The notes below the pieces were generated by a model. The model was not told where the DNA came from and did not search any database. It was given only the letters and a program-made list of their open reading frames with translations. The translations under genes were made by a program, and so were the position numbers. A stretch of 64,000 nucleotides of DNA, taken from contig CAXXNF010000002.1 of the NCBI GenBank assembly GCA_963666365.2, forward strand, positions 960,001 through 1,024,000, read 5' to 3'. Below, one piece after another: positions 11,733 through 20,420 of this stretch. Position 1 is the stretch's first letter; every line of letters begins with the position of its first letter. This DNA is from Syntrophales bacterium. GTDB taxonomy: Bacteria > Desulfobacterota > Syntrophia > Syntrophales > UBA2210.

Positions 11733-13086
11733 ACACCTCTGGAGCAAGATACTTGCCATACTGCTCGTCGTATCGATGGTATCGCTCGCCTCGGCCTATG
11801 CCCTGCGCACCATGATGATCGGCGACTTTCAAGAGTACCGGGAGGGAGAGATGCTCGACCGGGCACAGTGGCTGACGGCAACCATAGAAAAATCCTACGA
11901 AAAAACATCTGACTGGTCTAAAAATGACATTGCCGATAACATCGTCAACGCCCTCATGGCAGGACTCGACATTACCGTCAGGGATGCCGGAGGAAACCGG
12001 ATAATGGATGCTCCAGAGGCCCTGGACAGACTCACTCCTTCGATGAAACGGCGGGTCCTTGGCACAATGGCCGCCCAGCGACTGGGATCACGGGGGCCGG
12101 CACTGACATTCCCTCTTTTTTCGGAAGGGAAAGAAATCGGCTCGGTAGACGTATCATTTCTTGAAAGACAAAAGGATTTGACTTTTATCGATCAAGCCGA
12201 CAGGCTTCTTTTTGCCTCCCTTTTAGGAACCGCCTTTATCGTCATCATTCTCAGCGTGTTTCTCTCACGAAAGATAGCCCTTCCCATCAACGCACTCTCG
12301 GCAGCATCGCAGGCAATCAGCGAGGGTGAACTGACAACGCGCGTCGCTGTTGACGGAAAGGACGAAATTGCACGACTTGCCGACACGTTCAATCTCATGG
12401 CCGACAACCTGGAGCGCCAGGACACATTGAGAAAGAAGCTCATCACCGATGTAGCACATGAATTGAGAACGCCCGTCGCCGCTCTCAGGGGGGAACTTGA
12501 AGCAATGATCGACGGGATCATCCCCCTGGGCAGAACACAGCTTCAATCTCTACATGAAGAAATCGGGCGACTTGCCACGCTCATCGAGGGGATCGAGGAT
12601 CTCTCACAGGCGGAAGCCCGGGTCTTTTCCGTCCATAAGGATTGGATTCAACTCCATCCCTTCATATCCCATATCATAAAGCGCTTCAGGCCTCTTTTTG
12701 ATGCAAAGGGGGTGCGGATTGATTTCACATGCGATGAAAGCGAAGGGATCAGTGCCGATCCGGACGCCCTAAGTCGAATACTGATAAATCTTATTAATAA
12801 TGCCCTTGCGGCCACGGTAAAAGATGATACCGTCTTCATCACGGCGACCCGTTCAGGCAGCCGCTCGATAATCGAAATCAGGGACAGCGGCAGGGGTATC
12901 CCGGCGGAGGGGCTCCCCTTCATATTCGAACGCTTTTACAGCACTGCCCCGGCCGGGTTGGGCATCGGACTGGCCATAGTAAAAGAACTGGCCGAGGCAC
13001 AGGGGGGAACCATAGAGGCAACAAGTGAAGAATCGAATGGGGCGACATTCACTCTTTCGCTTCCACTTCTTCACAATAATTCATAA
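11725..13086 (+). CDS. HAMP-domain sensor histidine kinase (BaeS-like)
   Basis: Two TM segments, HAMP, AHELRTP H-box and N/G1/F/G2 boxes. Confidence 0.92.
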   Translation: MARHLWSKILAILLVVSMVSLASAYALRTMMIGDFQEYREGEMLDRAQWLTATIEKSYEKTSDWSKNDIADNIVNALMAGLDITVRDAGGNRIMDAPEALDRLTPSMKRRVLGTMAAQRLGSRGPALTFPLFSEGKEIGSVDVSFLERQKDLTFIDQADRLLFASLLGTAFIVIILSVFLSRKIALPINALSAASQAISEGELTTRVAVDGKDEIARLADTFNLMADNLERQDTLRKKLITDVAHELRTPVAALRGELEAMIDGIIPLGRTQLQSLHEEIGRLATLIEGIEDLSQAEARVFSVHKDWIQLHPFISHIIKRFRPLFDAKGVRIDFTCDESEGISADPDALSRILINLINNALAATVKDDTVFITATRSGSRSIIEIRDSGRGIPAEGLPFIFERFYSTAPAGLGIGLAIVKELAEAQGGTIEATSEESNGATFTLSLPLLHNNS

Positions 13087-13106
13087 TTTCTTCATTTTCT
13101 CTTCAC
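13070..13106 (+). promoter_or_regulatory. four phased TTCA(C/T) direct repeats, candidate OmpR-family binding site
   Basis: TTCAY at 13070, 13080, 13091 and 13102 (10-11 bp period), upstream of the gene at 13159. Confidence 0.5.
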
Positions 13107-13158
13107 AGTCGCGTGATAGTGTTGAGCAAACACAAACATGAAAAGAGAGGAGAAAATC

Positions 13159-13560
13159 ATGGGAAAAAAGATACTAATTGTTCTGTTGGCAGCCCTGTTG
13201 GGCCTCGCAGTCGTTCACACGGTCAGTGCAGGTCCCTGGGGCGGACTCGGCAAGCACGCCTGTCCTTTCTATCAAACCGGAACAGGACCGCAGGACATGG
13301 GTTCCGCACAGGAATTGGCACTGCGAAAGGGGCTTATGGACAAGAACTGGGAATTAAGAAACGAGATTCGTAAAGAAACTCCTGATCAAACTCGAGTGGA
13401 AACACTGAAAGAGGAAATTACAGACCTGAGAGAAAAACTTGTCAAAGAAAATCCTGACAGATTTTATCATGGGAAAGGGCGCTTCGGGCAGGGCAATGGC
13501 GATTGCCCATTCGCCCGTGACGGGAACCACGGCCGCTGGAACTCCTGCAAGCGCCGTTAG
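13159..13560 (+). CDS. periplasmic ZraP/Spy-like stress protein
   Basis: Signal peptide, helical EL...PD...VETLKEEI.DLR core, Gly/Cys-rich ends. Lies downstream of the two-component system. Confidence 0.6.
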   Translation: MGKKILIVLLAALLGLAVVHTVSAGPWGGLGKHACPFYQTGTGPQDMGSAQELALRKGLMDKNWELRNEIRKETPDQTRVETLKEEITDLREKLVKENPDRFYHGKGRFGQGNGDCPFARDGNHGRWNSCKRR

Positions 13561-13583
13561 ATAGCGTCAAATACTATGAAAGG

Positions 13584-13620
13584 CCCCGTTCACCAGTTGC
13601 ATGGCAATTGGTGAACGGGG
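13584..13620. other. 17-bp intergenic hairpin (mRNA stabiliser or attenuator)
   Basis: ccccgttcaccagttgc-atg-gcaattggtgaacgggg, with no U-tract. Confidence 0.55.
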
Positions 13621-13632
13621 ATTCATTCGACC

Positions 13633-13980
13633 ATGCACAAAGCACCACTGCTCATCATTGTCGCCTTGCTGACTGCCCTTTCCCTGCCGCCGGTGCTTCC
13701 CCCTGTCAGTGCCGAAGAATCATGGCGCCCCCGGGGATGCCGGCCCTATGGTGATTATTGTCCGCGCCGGCACGGCCGTTACGGGGCGAAACAGGCCGTC
13801 CATTCCAGAGAAGAGGCGCGCACCATCCTCGAAGACTATTTCAGGGACAGGGAGCTCACCATCGGCCCCATCGCAGAGCGTAAGTGGTTCTTTCGGGCGG
13901 AACTGCGCGACCATGAAAACAATCTCGTTGATATCATCATCATTGATAAAAGGACGGGACGGATACGGTCCATATTGTAG
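13633..13980 (+). CDS. exported hypothetical protein (PepSY-like C-terminus)
   Basis: Signal peptide and C-terminal VDIIIIDKRTGRI. Confidence 0.6.
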   Translation: MHKAPLLIIVALLTALSLPPVLPPVSAEESWRPRGCRPYGDYCPRRHGRYGAKQAVHSREEARTILEDYFRDRELTIGPIAERKWFFRAELRDHENNLVDIIIIDKRTGRIRSIL

Positions 13981-14025
13981 GTGATGGATGATGGTCTGCT
14001 GCCTATTAGCCATTCCCTGTTTCTG

Positions 14026-15396
14026 TTATGTACTCATCGATGAAAGGTAGCTTTGCAAATTGACCTTTTTTTTATTCAGATTCAATTTGCACCGGATGCT
14101 GTTTCTATAGATATTTACCGTACTCGTGGAGATGTTGAGAATTTCTCCTATCTCCTTTGTGGTTTTGCCGTCTTTGATAAGACTGGCGATTTCGATTTCG
14201 CGGGGCGTAAAATTATAACTGCAGGCCGTCATTTTTGAAAGAAAGGGCGACACCAGTTCTTCCAGATGCTTCTCGAGAATACTGACATACACGGCTTGAT
14301 TATCGTCCAGTCTCGTATGTTTCAGCTTTTCCACGTAGGGCATTATTAATTTTCTCATATTGGCCATAAACCGGTCTTCGATCTCGCCGCGATCCTCTTC
14401 CCGGTGTCTGAGGAGCACTTTCAGAGCGGTATTTGCTTCCTCAAGGTTTAGTGTCTTCGCTTTCAGCTCCTGCTCGGTCTTTTTGAGTTCCGTGATGTCT
14501 CGAATAGATTCGATGGCGCCGATCACATTTTCGTTGTGGTCGTACATCACACTTGCCTTACACCAGAGATGCCGGATCCGGCCGTTGTGCTCAATTTTTG
14601 ATTCCGCGAAGAGATACTCTCCCACTTTTCCGAATGAGGGGTAGGGTTCCATCACCTCCTCGTCCGGTCTGAGAACCAGGTCGATCAGCATGGGTCTTCT
14701 GTGCCTGTAAAAAGGCAGCGCATATGCGTAGTCGCCTTTTCCCACTATATCGCCGGCGCTGACCCCTGTTAACTGCTCAATAACGCGATTCCATGCAATG
14801 ACCACTCCGTCAGTATCGACGGCAAAAGTGGCATCGGGCAAAAAATCGACTATGTCCGACAGCTGTCGCTCTGACTTTCGAAGGGCTTCTTCCACCTTCA
14901 CACGTTCCGTTACATCGGTGGTAAACACCAATACCGCCGGCCGCCCTTCCCACATGATTTTTATCGCGGTGATTTCCTTCCAGGCTATTTTCCCGCGGCC
15001 GGTCAGCATGCGGTAACAATAGGGGGAAAGAACGGCGCCCTCCAGGGTCTTGCGATAATTTTCAGCAACCATCTCACGGTCGTCGGGATGCACATATGAC
15101 AGTACATTGATCGGCGCCATTTTTTCCAGAGATGTGGCCCCGCCGAAAAGCGTCGAGGGATTCGCATATTTCAGCAGATAGTCCTGTACGACGTGAATCG
15201 ACTCCTGGGCATTATCTATCATCATCCGGTACACGTCCTCTATCTTGTGCAATGAGCGCCCATGCTCGGCGTCGTTGCTGTCCTGTGTATCCGTATTTTT
15301 GCGGGTGACTGCCGATTTGACAAGTTCGGCTGTTATTTCATGCCTTTGCGCAAGATCAGCGACAGGTTCACTTTTTGACTTGCCCTCGTAGTTCAT
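14026..15396 (-). CDS. PAS-PAS-LuxR HTH transcriptional regulator
   Basis: Two PAS/PAC domains and FTPREIEIA..IKDGKTTKEI. Start chosen at ATG 15396 after AAGGAG; the ORF extends to 15447. Confidence 0.85.
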   Translation of the reverse strand: MNYEGKSKSEPVADLAQRHEITAELVKSAVTRKNTDTQDSNDAEHGRSLHKIEDVYRMMIDNAQESIHVVQDYLLKYANPSTLFGGATSLEKMAPINVLSYVHPDDREMVAENYRKTLEGAVLSPYCYRMLTGRGKIAWKEITAIKIMWEGRPAVLVFTTDVTERVKVEEALRKSERQLSDIVDFLPDATFAVDTDGVVIAWNRVIEQLTGVSAGDIVGKGDYAYALPFYRHRRPMLIDLVLRPDEEVMEPYPSFGKVGEYLFAESKIEHNGRIRHLWCKASVMYDHNENVIGAIESIRDITELKKTEQELKAKTLNLEEANTALKVLLRHREEDRGEIEDRFMANMRKLIMPYVEKLKHTRLDDNQAVYVSILEKHLEELVSPFLSKMTACSYNFTPREIEIASLIKDGKTTKEIGEILNISTSTVNIYRNSIRCKLNLNKKKVNLQSYLSSMST

Positions 15397-15592
15397 AATA
15401 CGTCGCTCCTTCGGTTCGCAGATGTTTACTATATTGTTTTCTTTCAACGCTGTCCACCCTCAATTAAAAAATTACCTATCTCCCCTCTTAGTTGACCGAA
15501 ATGTGCGATACCGCTCGCCCGAAAACATCTTGACTATTAAAGTCTTTTATTAAATACTCTGTGGTTTGAAAATACAGAGGGGCCCCAGGGTA

Positions 15593-16450
15593 ATGAATCT
15601 TCCTGTTCTGACAGACACCATTGATTTATATATGTCCGAGATCAGTCAATTTCCGATCCTCGAGGCGGACGAAGAGTTTAAGCTTGCCGTACAATTCAAG
15701 AAATTCGGCGATATGAGCGCCGCTGAGCGTTTGGTGACCGCGAATCTCCGGTTTGTGGTAAAGATTGCCCATGAGTACAAAAACTACCGGGTGCGACTCC
15801 TGGACCTCATACAGGAAGGCAATATAGGGCTCATGCACGCCGTGAAAAAATTTGACCCTTACAAGGGGTACCGTCTCATATCCTATGCCGTATGGTGGAT
15901 ACGGGCCTACATGCAGAACTACATTATCAGAAACTGGAGTCTCGTAAAAATAGGAACCACCCAGGCCCAGAGAAAACTCTTTTTCAAATTAAACCAGGTA
16001 AAGAAAAAACTGGAACGGCTGTCTGTGGACAATCCGGAATTCAGAGAGGCCGCGGAGCTTCTTAATGTGCGGCAAAGCGACGTCGAAGAGATGGATCTGC
16101 GCCTCTCCAACAGAGATGTGTCCCTCGACGCATCATTCAACGACGAAGGGGAATCTCTTTTCATCGATCACCTGGTCGACGACAGTGTAAGCCAGGAAGA
16201 AGATCTGATCAAAAAACAGGAAACGGCGCTCGTCAAAAAGAATATTACCGGCGCCCTGGCAAAGCTGAACGAAAGAGAAAGCTACATTATACGAAACCGA
16301 ATCATGGTGGACAATCCCCAGACACTTCAGGAAATCGGCGACAGGTTCAATATTACCCGAGAGAGGGCGCGTCAAATCGAAAAAGAGGCCTTGAAGAAAA
16401 TGAGACTTGCCCTCCCCTATTTCGAGGAAACGCGGGAAGAGGAACGCTAA
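15593..16450 (+). CDS. rpoH: RNA polymerase sigma-32 factor
   Basis: DLIQEGNIGL region 2, RpoH box KIGTTQAQRKLFF and region 4 TRERARQIE. Confidence 0.88.
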   Translation: MNLPVLTDTIDLYMSEISQFPILEADEEFKLAVQFKKFGDMSAAERLVTANLRFVVKIAHEYKNYRVRLLDLIQEGNIGLMHAVKKFDPYKGYRLISYAVWWIRAYMQNYIIRNWSLVKIGTTQAQRKLFFKLNQVKKKLERLSVDNPEFREAAELLNVRQSDVEEMDLRLSNRDVSLDASFNDEGESLFIDHLVDDSVSQEEDLIKKQETALVKKNITGALAKLNERESYIIRNRIMVDNPQTLQEIGDRFNITRERARQIEKEALKKMRLALPYFEETREEER

Positions 16451-17802
16451 AATTCTTCCACATTCATGGCGGGGTTTTCAAAGCGCGTGTATTCTTTAAG
16501 AAATACCAGCTTGATTTTACCGGTAGGGCCGTTTCGCTGTTTGCCGATATCGATTTCCGCAAAGCCGCGTTCCGGATTGTCTTCCGATTTGTTGTACACC
16601 TCGTCCCGGTAGATAAACATGATTACGTCGGCATCCTGTTCGATGGCGCCCGATTCACGGAGATCCGCCAGATAGGGCCGTCGATCCGCTCGTGTTTCCA
16701 CCTGGCGGTTGAGCTGCGACAGTGCAATGACCGGTACATTCAGTTCCTTTGCCAGCGACTTCAGGGACCGGCTGATATCAGATATCTCCTGTTCTCTGGG
16801 CATGGATGCATCTCGACCTCTCATCAACTGAAGATAATCGAGCACAATCAGTCCGAGGCCCATTTCCGCCTTGAGTCTTCTCGCTTTTGCCTTCATCTCC
16901 AAGGCAGATATGGCCGGTGTATCGTCGATAAAAATGGGCGCTTCCGAAAGCCTTCCTGCCGCCGTGGTGAGCTTTGGCCAATCCATCTCTCCCAGAAATC
17001 CCTTGCGCAGGCGCTGCGAGTCGACTCTCGCCTCTGATGCGAGCATTCTGAAGGCCAGTTGCTCTTTCGACATCTCGAGTGAAAAAATGGCTACCGGTAT
17101 ATCATGTTCGATAGCGGCGTATTGGGCAATGTTGATGGCAAAGGCTGTTTTTCCCATACTGGGACGGCCCGCGATGATAATAAGATCGGATTTCTGAAGT
17201 CCCGATGTCAGTTCGTCAAGTCTTCGATAACCTGTAGATACGCCGGTGATCAACGACTTTTTTGCGTATAATGCTTCAATTGTCACGAAGCTTTCCTTCA
17301 CAATTTCCTTGATAGGGAAAAAGGAAGGTTTGATCTTATGTTCAGAGATCTCGAATACTGCGTGCTCGGCTTCATCCAGCACGCTGTCGATATCCGCGCC
17401 GGCGCCGTAACTCTTGGTGAGAATATCGGTGGCTGCACCGATCAGACCCCGGAGAATGGATTTTTCCTTGACGATTTTCGAGTAGTGAACAATATTCGCG
17501 GCCGACGGCACTCTATCAACAAGCCCGGCAAGGTACACTTCACCACCGATTTTATCCAGTTCTCCCTTGTTACGAAGCTCGTTGCTTAAGGTAATCAGAT
17601 CGGCCGGTTCATTCTTCTCCCCCAGATCAAGAATGGCGCCGAATATTTTTTTGTGGGCTTCACTGTAGAAATCCCCTGTTTGCAGAACCTCGATGACACT
17701 GTTCACGGCTGCATTATCGAGGAGAATGCCGCCGAGCACCGATTGCTCTGCATCAAGATTCTGCGGCGGGATTCTGTGGAGAGACGAATCTATATCTTTC
17801 AT
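16447..17802 (-). CDS. dnaB: replicative DNA helicase
   Basis: GRPSMGKT, FSLEMS, DYLQL and DLRESGAIEQDAD. No intein. Confidence 0.97.
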   Translation of the reverse strand: MKDIDSSLHRIPPQNLDAEQSVLGGILLDNAAVNSVIEVLQTGDFYSEAHKKIFGAILDLGEKNEPADLITLSNELRNKGELDKIGGEVYLAGLVDRVPSAANIVHYSKIVKEKSILRGLIGAATDILTKSYGAGADIDSVLDEAEHAVFEISEHKIKPSFFPIKEIVKESFVTIEALYAKKSLITGVSTGYRRLDELTSGLQKSDLIIIAGRPSMGKTAFAINIAQYAAIEHDIPVAIFSLEMSKEQLAFRMLASEARVDSQRLRKGFLGEMDWPKLTTAAGRLSEAPIFIDDTPAISALEMKAKARRLKAEMGLGLIVLDYLQLMRGRDASMPREQEISDISRSLKSLAKELNVPVIALSQLNRQVETRADRRPYLADLRESGAIEQDADVIMFIYRDEVYNKSEDNPERGFAEIDIGKQRNGPTGKIKLVFLKEYTRFENPAMNVEEF

Positions 17803-17812
17803 TATTCCCCGG

Positions 17813-18259
17813 CTATTCTCCTCCGACTACCTGAACCTTACACTCTCCCACGACTCCTGAATAAAGTTTCACCTTTACTTTGAACTCGCCGACATGTTTT
17901 ATCGGCTCTTCAATTATAATGTGTTTACGGTCCACTTCTATGCCCTGTGCGCGGAGTTCCTCTTCTATATCCCGTGTCGTGACCGAACCAAATAACTTAT
18001 CCTGTTCGCCCACTTTTCTTGAAATCACCAGCGACACCTGCGAGAGACGTTCAGCCGTTGCCTGGGCTGTGCCTTTTGCCTTTTCTATCTTTCCCGCAAT
18101 GATCCGCGTCTCATGTTCCATTGCTCTTATATTTCGAGTATTCGCCTCTACAGCGAGATCCTTCGGAATGAGAAAGTTTCTCGCATAGCCGTTGGAGACC
18201 TTTATGATCGCCCCCGCCTTTCCCAGGGATTCAACATCCTCTTTCAAGATGACCTTCAT
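17813..18259 (-). CDS. rplI: 50S ribosomal protein L9
   Basis: MKVIL..LGKAG..V..GYARNFL and KLFGSVT. Confidence 0.97.
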   Translation of the reverse strand: MKVILKEDVESLGKAGAIIKVSNGYARNFLIPKDLAVEANTRNIRAMEHETRIIAGKIEKAKGTAQATAERLSQVSLVISRKVGEQDKLFGSVTTRDIEEELRAQGIEVDRKHIIIEEPIKHVGEFKVKVKLYSGVVGECKVQVVGGE

Positions 18260-18280
18260 AACCTCTATCCTCCTTATACG

Positions 18281-19222
18281 CTACAATTCGGTATCCTTTT
18301 GTTCTCTGTTGAGTTTTCTAAAATCAAACCATACATCAACCAGCCCCAGGCCGGCCACTACTAAAAGCAAAAGTTGCTGTACCAGAATAATTGAGTAGCC
18401 GATTGCCCGCATCAGGAACGGAACCCGCCTGCTCTTGAAAAAAAACGAAATCACGGCAAATCCCTGGAGCATATATACAAACAGCATAATTATCAGTACA
18501 TTGAACCCGACAACCTTGAATGCAAACCAGGGAACAAAGAGACAAAGGGCCGCGGCAATCGCCAGCCAGATACTCTTATCGGGGATTTTCCAACGGGCAA
18601 GGTCTCCGAAGTCAGGATACCACATCCCCCGCCGGAGGAACAATATTCTTCCCATCAGTATATTGATCCATACCACGCACAGCGCACCAGTTACGGAAAG
18701 GGAAGGCGTCATCGTATACAACATGCCGGCGATAAGCGGCTCACTTTCCCGTACCATCTCGATCTGATCCTGGGGAGCGCCGGTCCGTGCATACAACTCT
18801 ATATTTTGATGGACGGCCCCGACAATATACTCCTTGACAAGAAGCACCGGCCCGTTTCCGCTGTGTAGTCCATGCCCGAGCACCACCAGCGCGGTAAGTG
18901 CCAGCAGTATGGCAGAAGCAACCGCCACGGTTTTTTCGATGGAGAAATTCCGCCTCAACGTTTCCGAAAGAACCACACCGAGGGCTCCCAGGACTAAAAA
19001 CAACATCAATGGCAAGGAGGAATTCATCAATCGCAATGCAACGGCGCCGACAATAAGTGCAATCGCGAAAAGGAGGGTACCCCACAACCTTCCCAGTCTG
19101 GAGTAAAAATAAAAGACAGGAAAAGGAATAATAAATGCACCTAGGTGGCCCAGCGCCGAAGTGGTCGCTACTGCAACAAAGACAACAGAGGTAACGGCAA
19201 CCGCAACAAAAAATTCCCTAAT
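18281..19222 (-). CDS. DUF2232/YybS family membrane protein
   Basis: Multi-TM protein ending G..D.WFDFR, in the usual rpsR-rplI position. The frame is open to 19285, and the start is inferred at ATT 19222 (ORF track gives TTG 19087). Confidence 0.75.
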   Translation of the reverse strand: MREFFVAVAVTSVVFVAVATTSALGHLGAFIIPFPVFYFYSRLGRLWGTLLFAIALIVGAVALRLMNSSLPLMLFLVLGALGVVLSETLRRNFSIEKTVAVASAILLALTALVVLGHGLHSGNGPVLLVKEYIVGAVHQNIELYARTGAPQDQIEMVRESEPLIAGMLYTMTPSLSVTGALCVVWINILMGRILFLRRGMWYPDFGDLARWKIPDKSIWLAIAAALCLFVPWFAFKVVGFNVLIIMLFVYMLQGFAVISFFFKSRRVPFLMRAIGYSIILVQQLLLLVVAGLGLVDVWFDFRKLNREQKDTEL

Positions 19223-19285
19223 AAATACACCACCTCGCAGTTTTCGAAATGTTGTGGTATCGTTCCACTCTCCTGAAAAACGATA

Positions 19286-19558
19286 TTATCCTTCAGCCAC
19301 GACGAAGGGCAAAAGTGCTAAATTTCTCGCTCTTTTGATTGCCACGGTCAGCTCGCGCTGATGCTTTGCACAGGTTCCTGAAATTCTGCGCGGCAGTATT
19401 TTACCCCGTTCCGTAATGAAATTTCTCAGATTTTCCGGTTTTTTGTAATCGATTTTCAAGGTCGAATCCCCACAGAACCGACATACTTTGCGCTTGTGAA
19501 AAAACTTTCTCCTCGGACCTCGCGGACCCTGTTGACCGCCTCTTGATGGATATGCCAT
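19286..19558 (-). CDS. rpsR: 30S ribosomal protein S18 (Zn-binding type)
   Basis: KVCRFC, IDYK, GKILPRR and AIKRAR.LALLP. Confidence 0.97.
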   Translation of the reverse strand: MAYPSRGGQQGPRGPRRKFFHKRKVCRFCGDSTLKIDYKKPENLRNFITERGKILPRRISGTCAKHQRELTVAIKRARNLALLPFVVAEG

Positions 19559-19561
19559 GAT

Positions 19562-20098
19562 TTAATTCTCCTTCGTTTCAGATGCTTCTTCCACGGGTTC
19601 AGTCACGGCTTTTTGAGAGGACTCTGACGCGGCATCTTCAGCCTGCGCGACCTCCGGTTCAGCCGTCTCTTCAGTCTGCCCGGCCTCCGATTCAGTTGCT
19701 GCCTCTTCTACCTGCGCTTCCTGAACGGCCTCCGCTGCCACCGAAGCTTCTTTTGCCTGCTCCGCTTCCCCCGCTTTGGCGATCTCCCGCTCCAGCTCTT
19801 CCGGGTCAACCTTATCTGCTGTTTTGACGGAGATAAACCTTAAAATTTTGTCGTCAATCCTAAAATTTCTCTCCAGTTCGGGAACGATCTCACTTTTACC
19901 GGCGAAATCGATCAGCACATACACGCCGTCTCGACGTTTCTGTATCGGATAGGCAAGGCGCCGCTTGCCCCAGATATCGACCTTTATCACCGTACCTTCC
20001 ATACCGGTTATAATGGTTTTGTATCGTTCCAGCTGAAGTTCGAATTCGTCGGTCGACAAATCGTCAAATGAAATGTAAACTACTTCATACCTTTTCAA
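19562..20098 (-). CDS. rpsF: 30S ribosomal protein S6 with long acidic tail
   Basis: RYE and WGKRRLAYPI. TTG start at 20098 after GAGGAGG. Confidence 0.95.
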   Translation of the reverse strand: MKRYEVVYISFDDLSTDEFELQLERYKTIITGMEGTVIKVDIWGKRRLAYPIQKRRDGVYVLIDFAGKSEIVPELERNFRIDDKILRFISVKTADKVDPEELEREIAKAGEAEQAKEASVAAEAVQEAQVEEAATESEAGQTEETAEPEVAQAEDAASESSQKAVTEPVEEASETKEN

Positions 20099-20106
20099 GC
20101 TTCCAA

Positions 20107-20152
20107 CCTCCTCTCGGCTCAATGACCCCGGATATGCATCCGGGGAAGGAGA
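20107..20152 (-). ncRNA. candidate S6:S18 autoregulatory leader
   Basis: On the minus strand, CUCCUU can pair with the SD GAGGAG. There is an inner hairpin ccccggat/atccgggg and an unpaired CCG just 5' of the SD. Confidence 0.5.
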
Positions 20153-20273
20153 CCATATTTAATTTTCAAAGCACTTCTCTCTATACCATCACCCCCGAGA
20201 AATCAAGTGAAATTTGCACACAATCCCTCGCGCAGATTATCCTTAAAAAATTAAAATTTTTGCCCCTCAACGT

Positions 20274-20302
20274 TTGACAATCGCGAGTTCAAGAGGTACA
20301 AT
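20274..20302 (+). promoter_or_regulatory. sigma70 promoter of fdh
   Basis: TTGACA-17 nt-TACAAT. Confidence 0.6.
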
Positions 20303-20420
20303 TCCGGCGCTTACGGAGACATGGCATTAATAAGCAAATAGTTTAATAAATTAGGTGTGTTCTTCTGGTTTCCTCCAATTTACCTAGAAGTGCGCTCCAA
20401 ATTAAGGAGAAAAAAAGTCT

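Noticed and set aside
19562..19800. Glu/Ala-rich S6 tail as a novel domain
   Set aside because: Low-complexity acidic extensions are common in S6.
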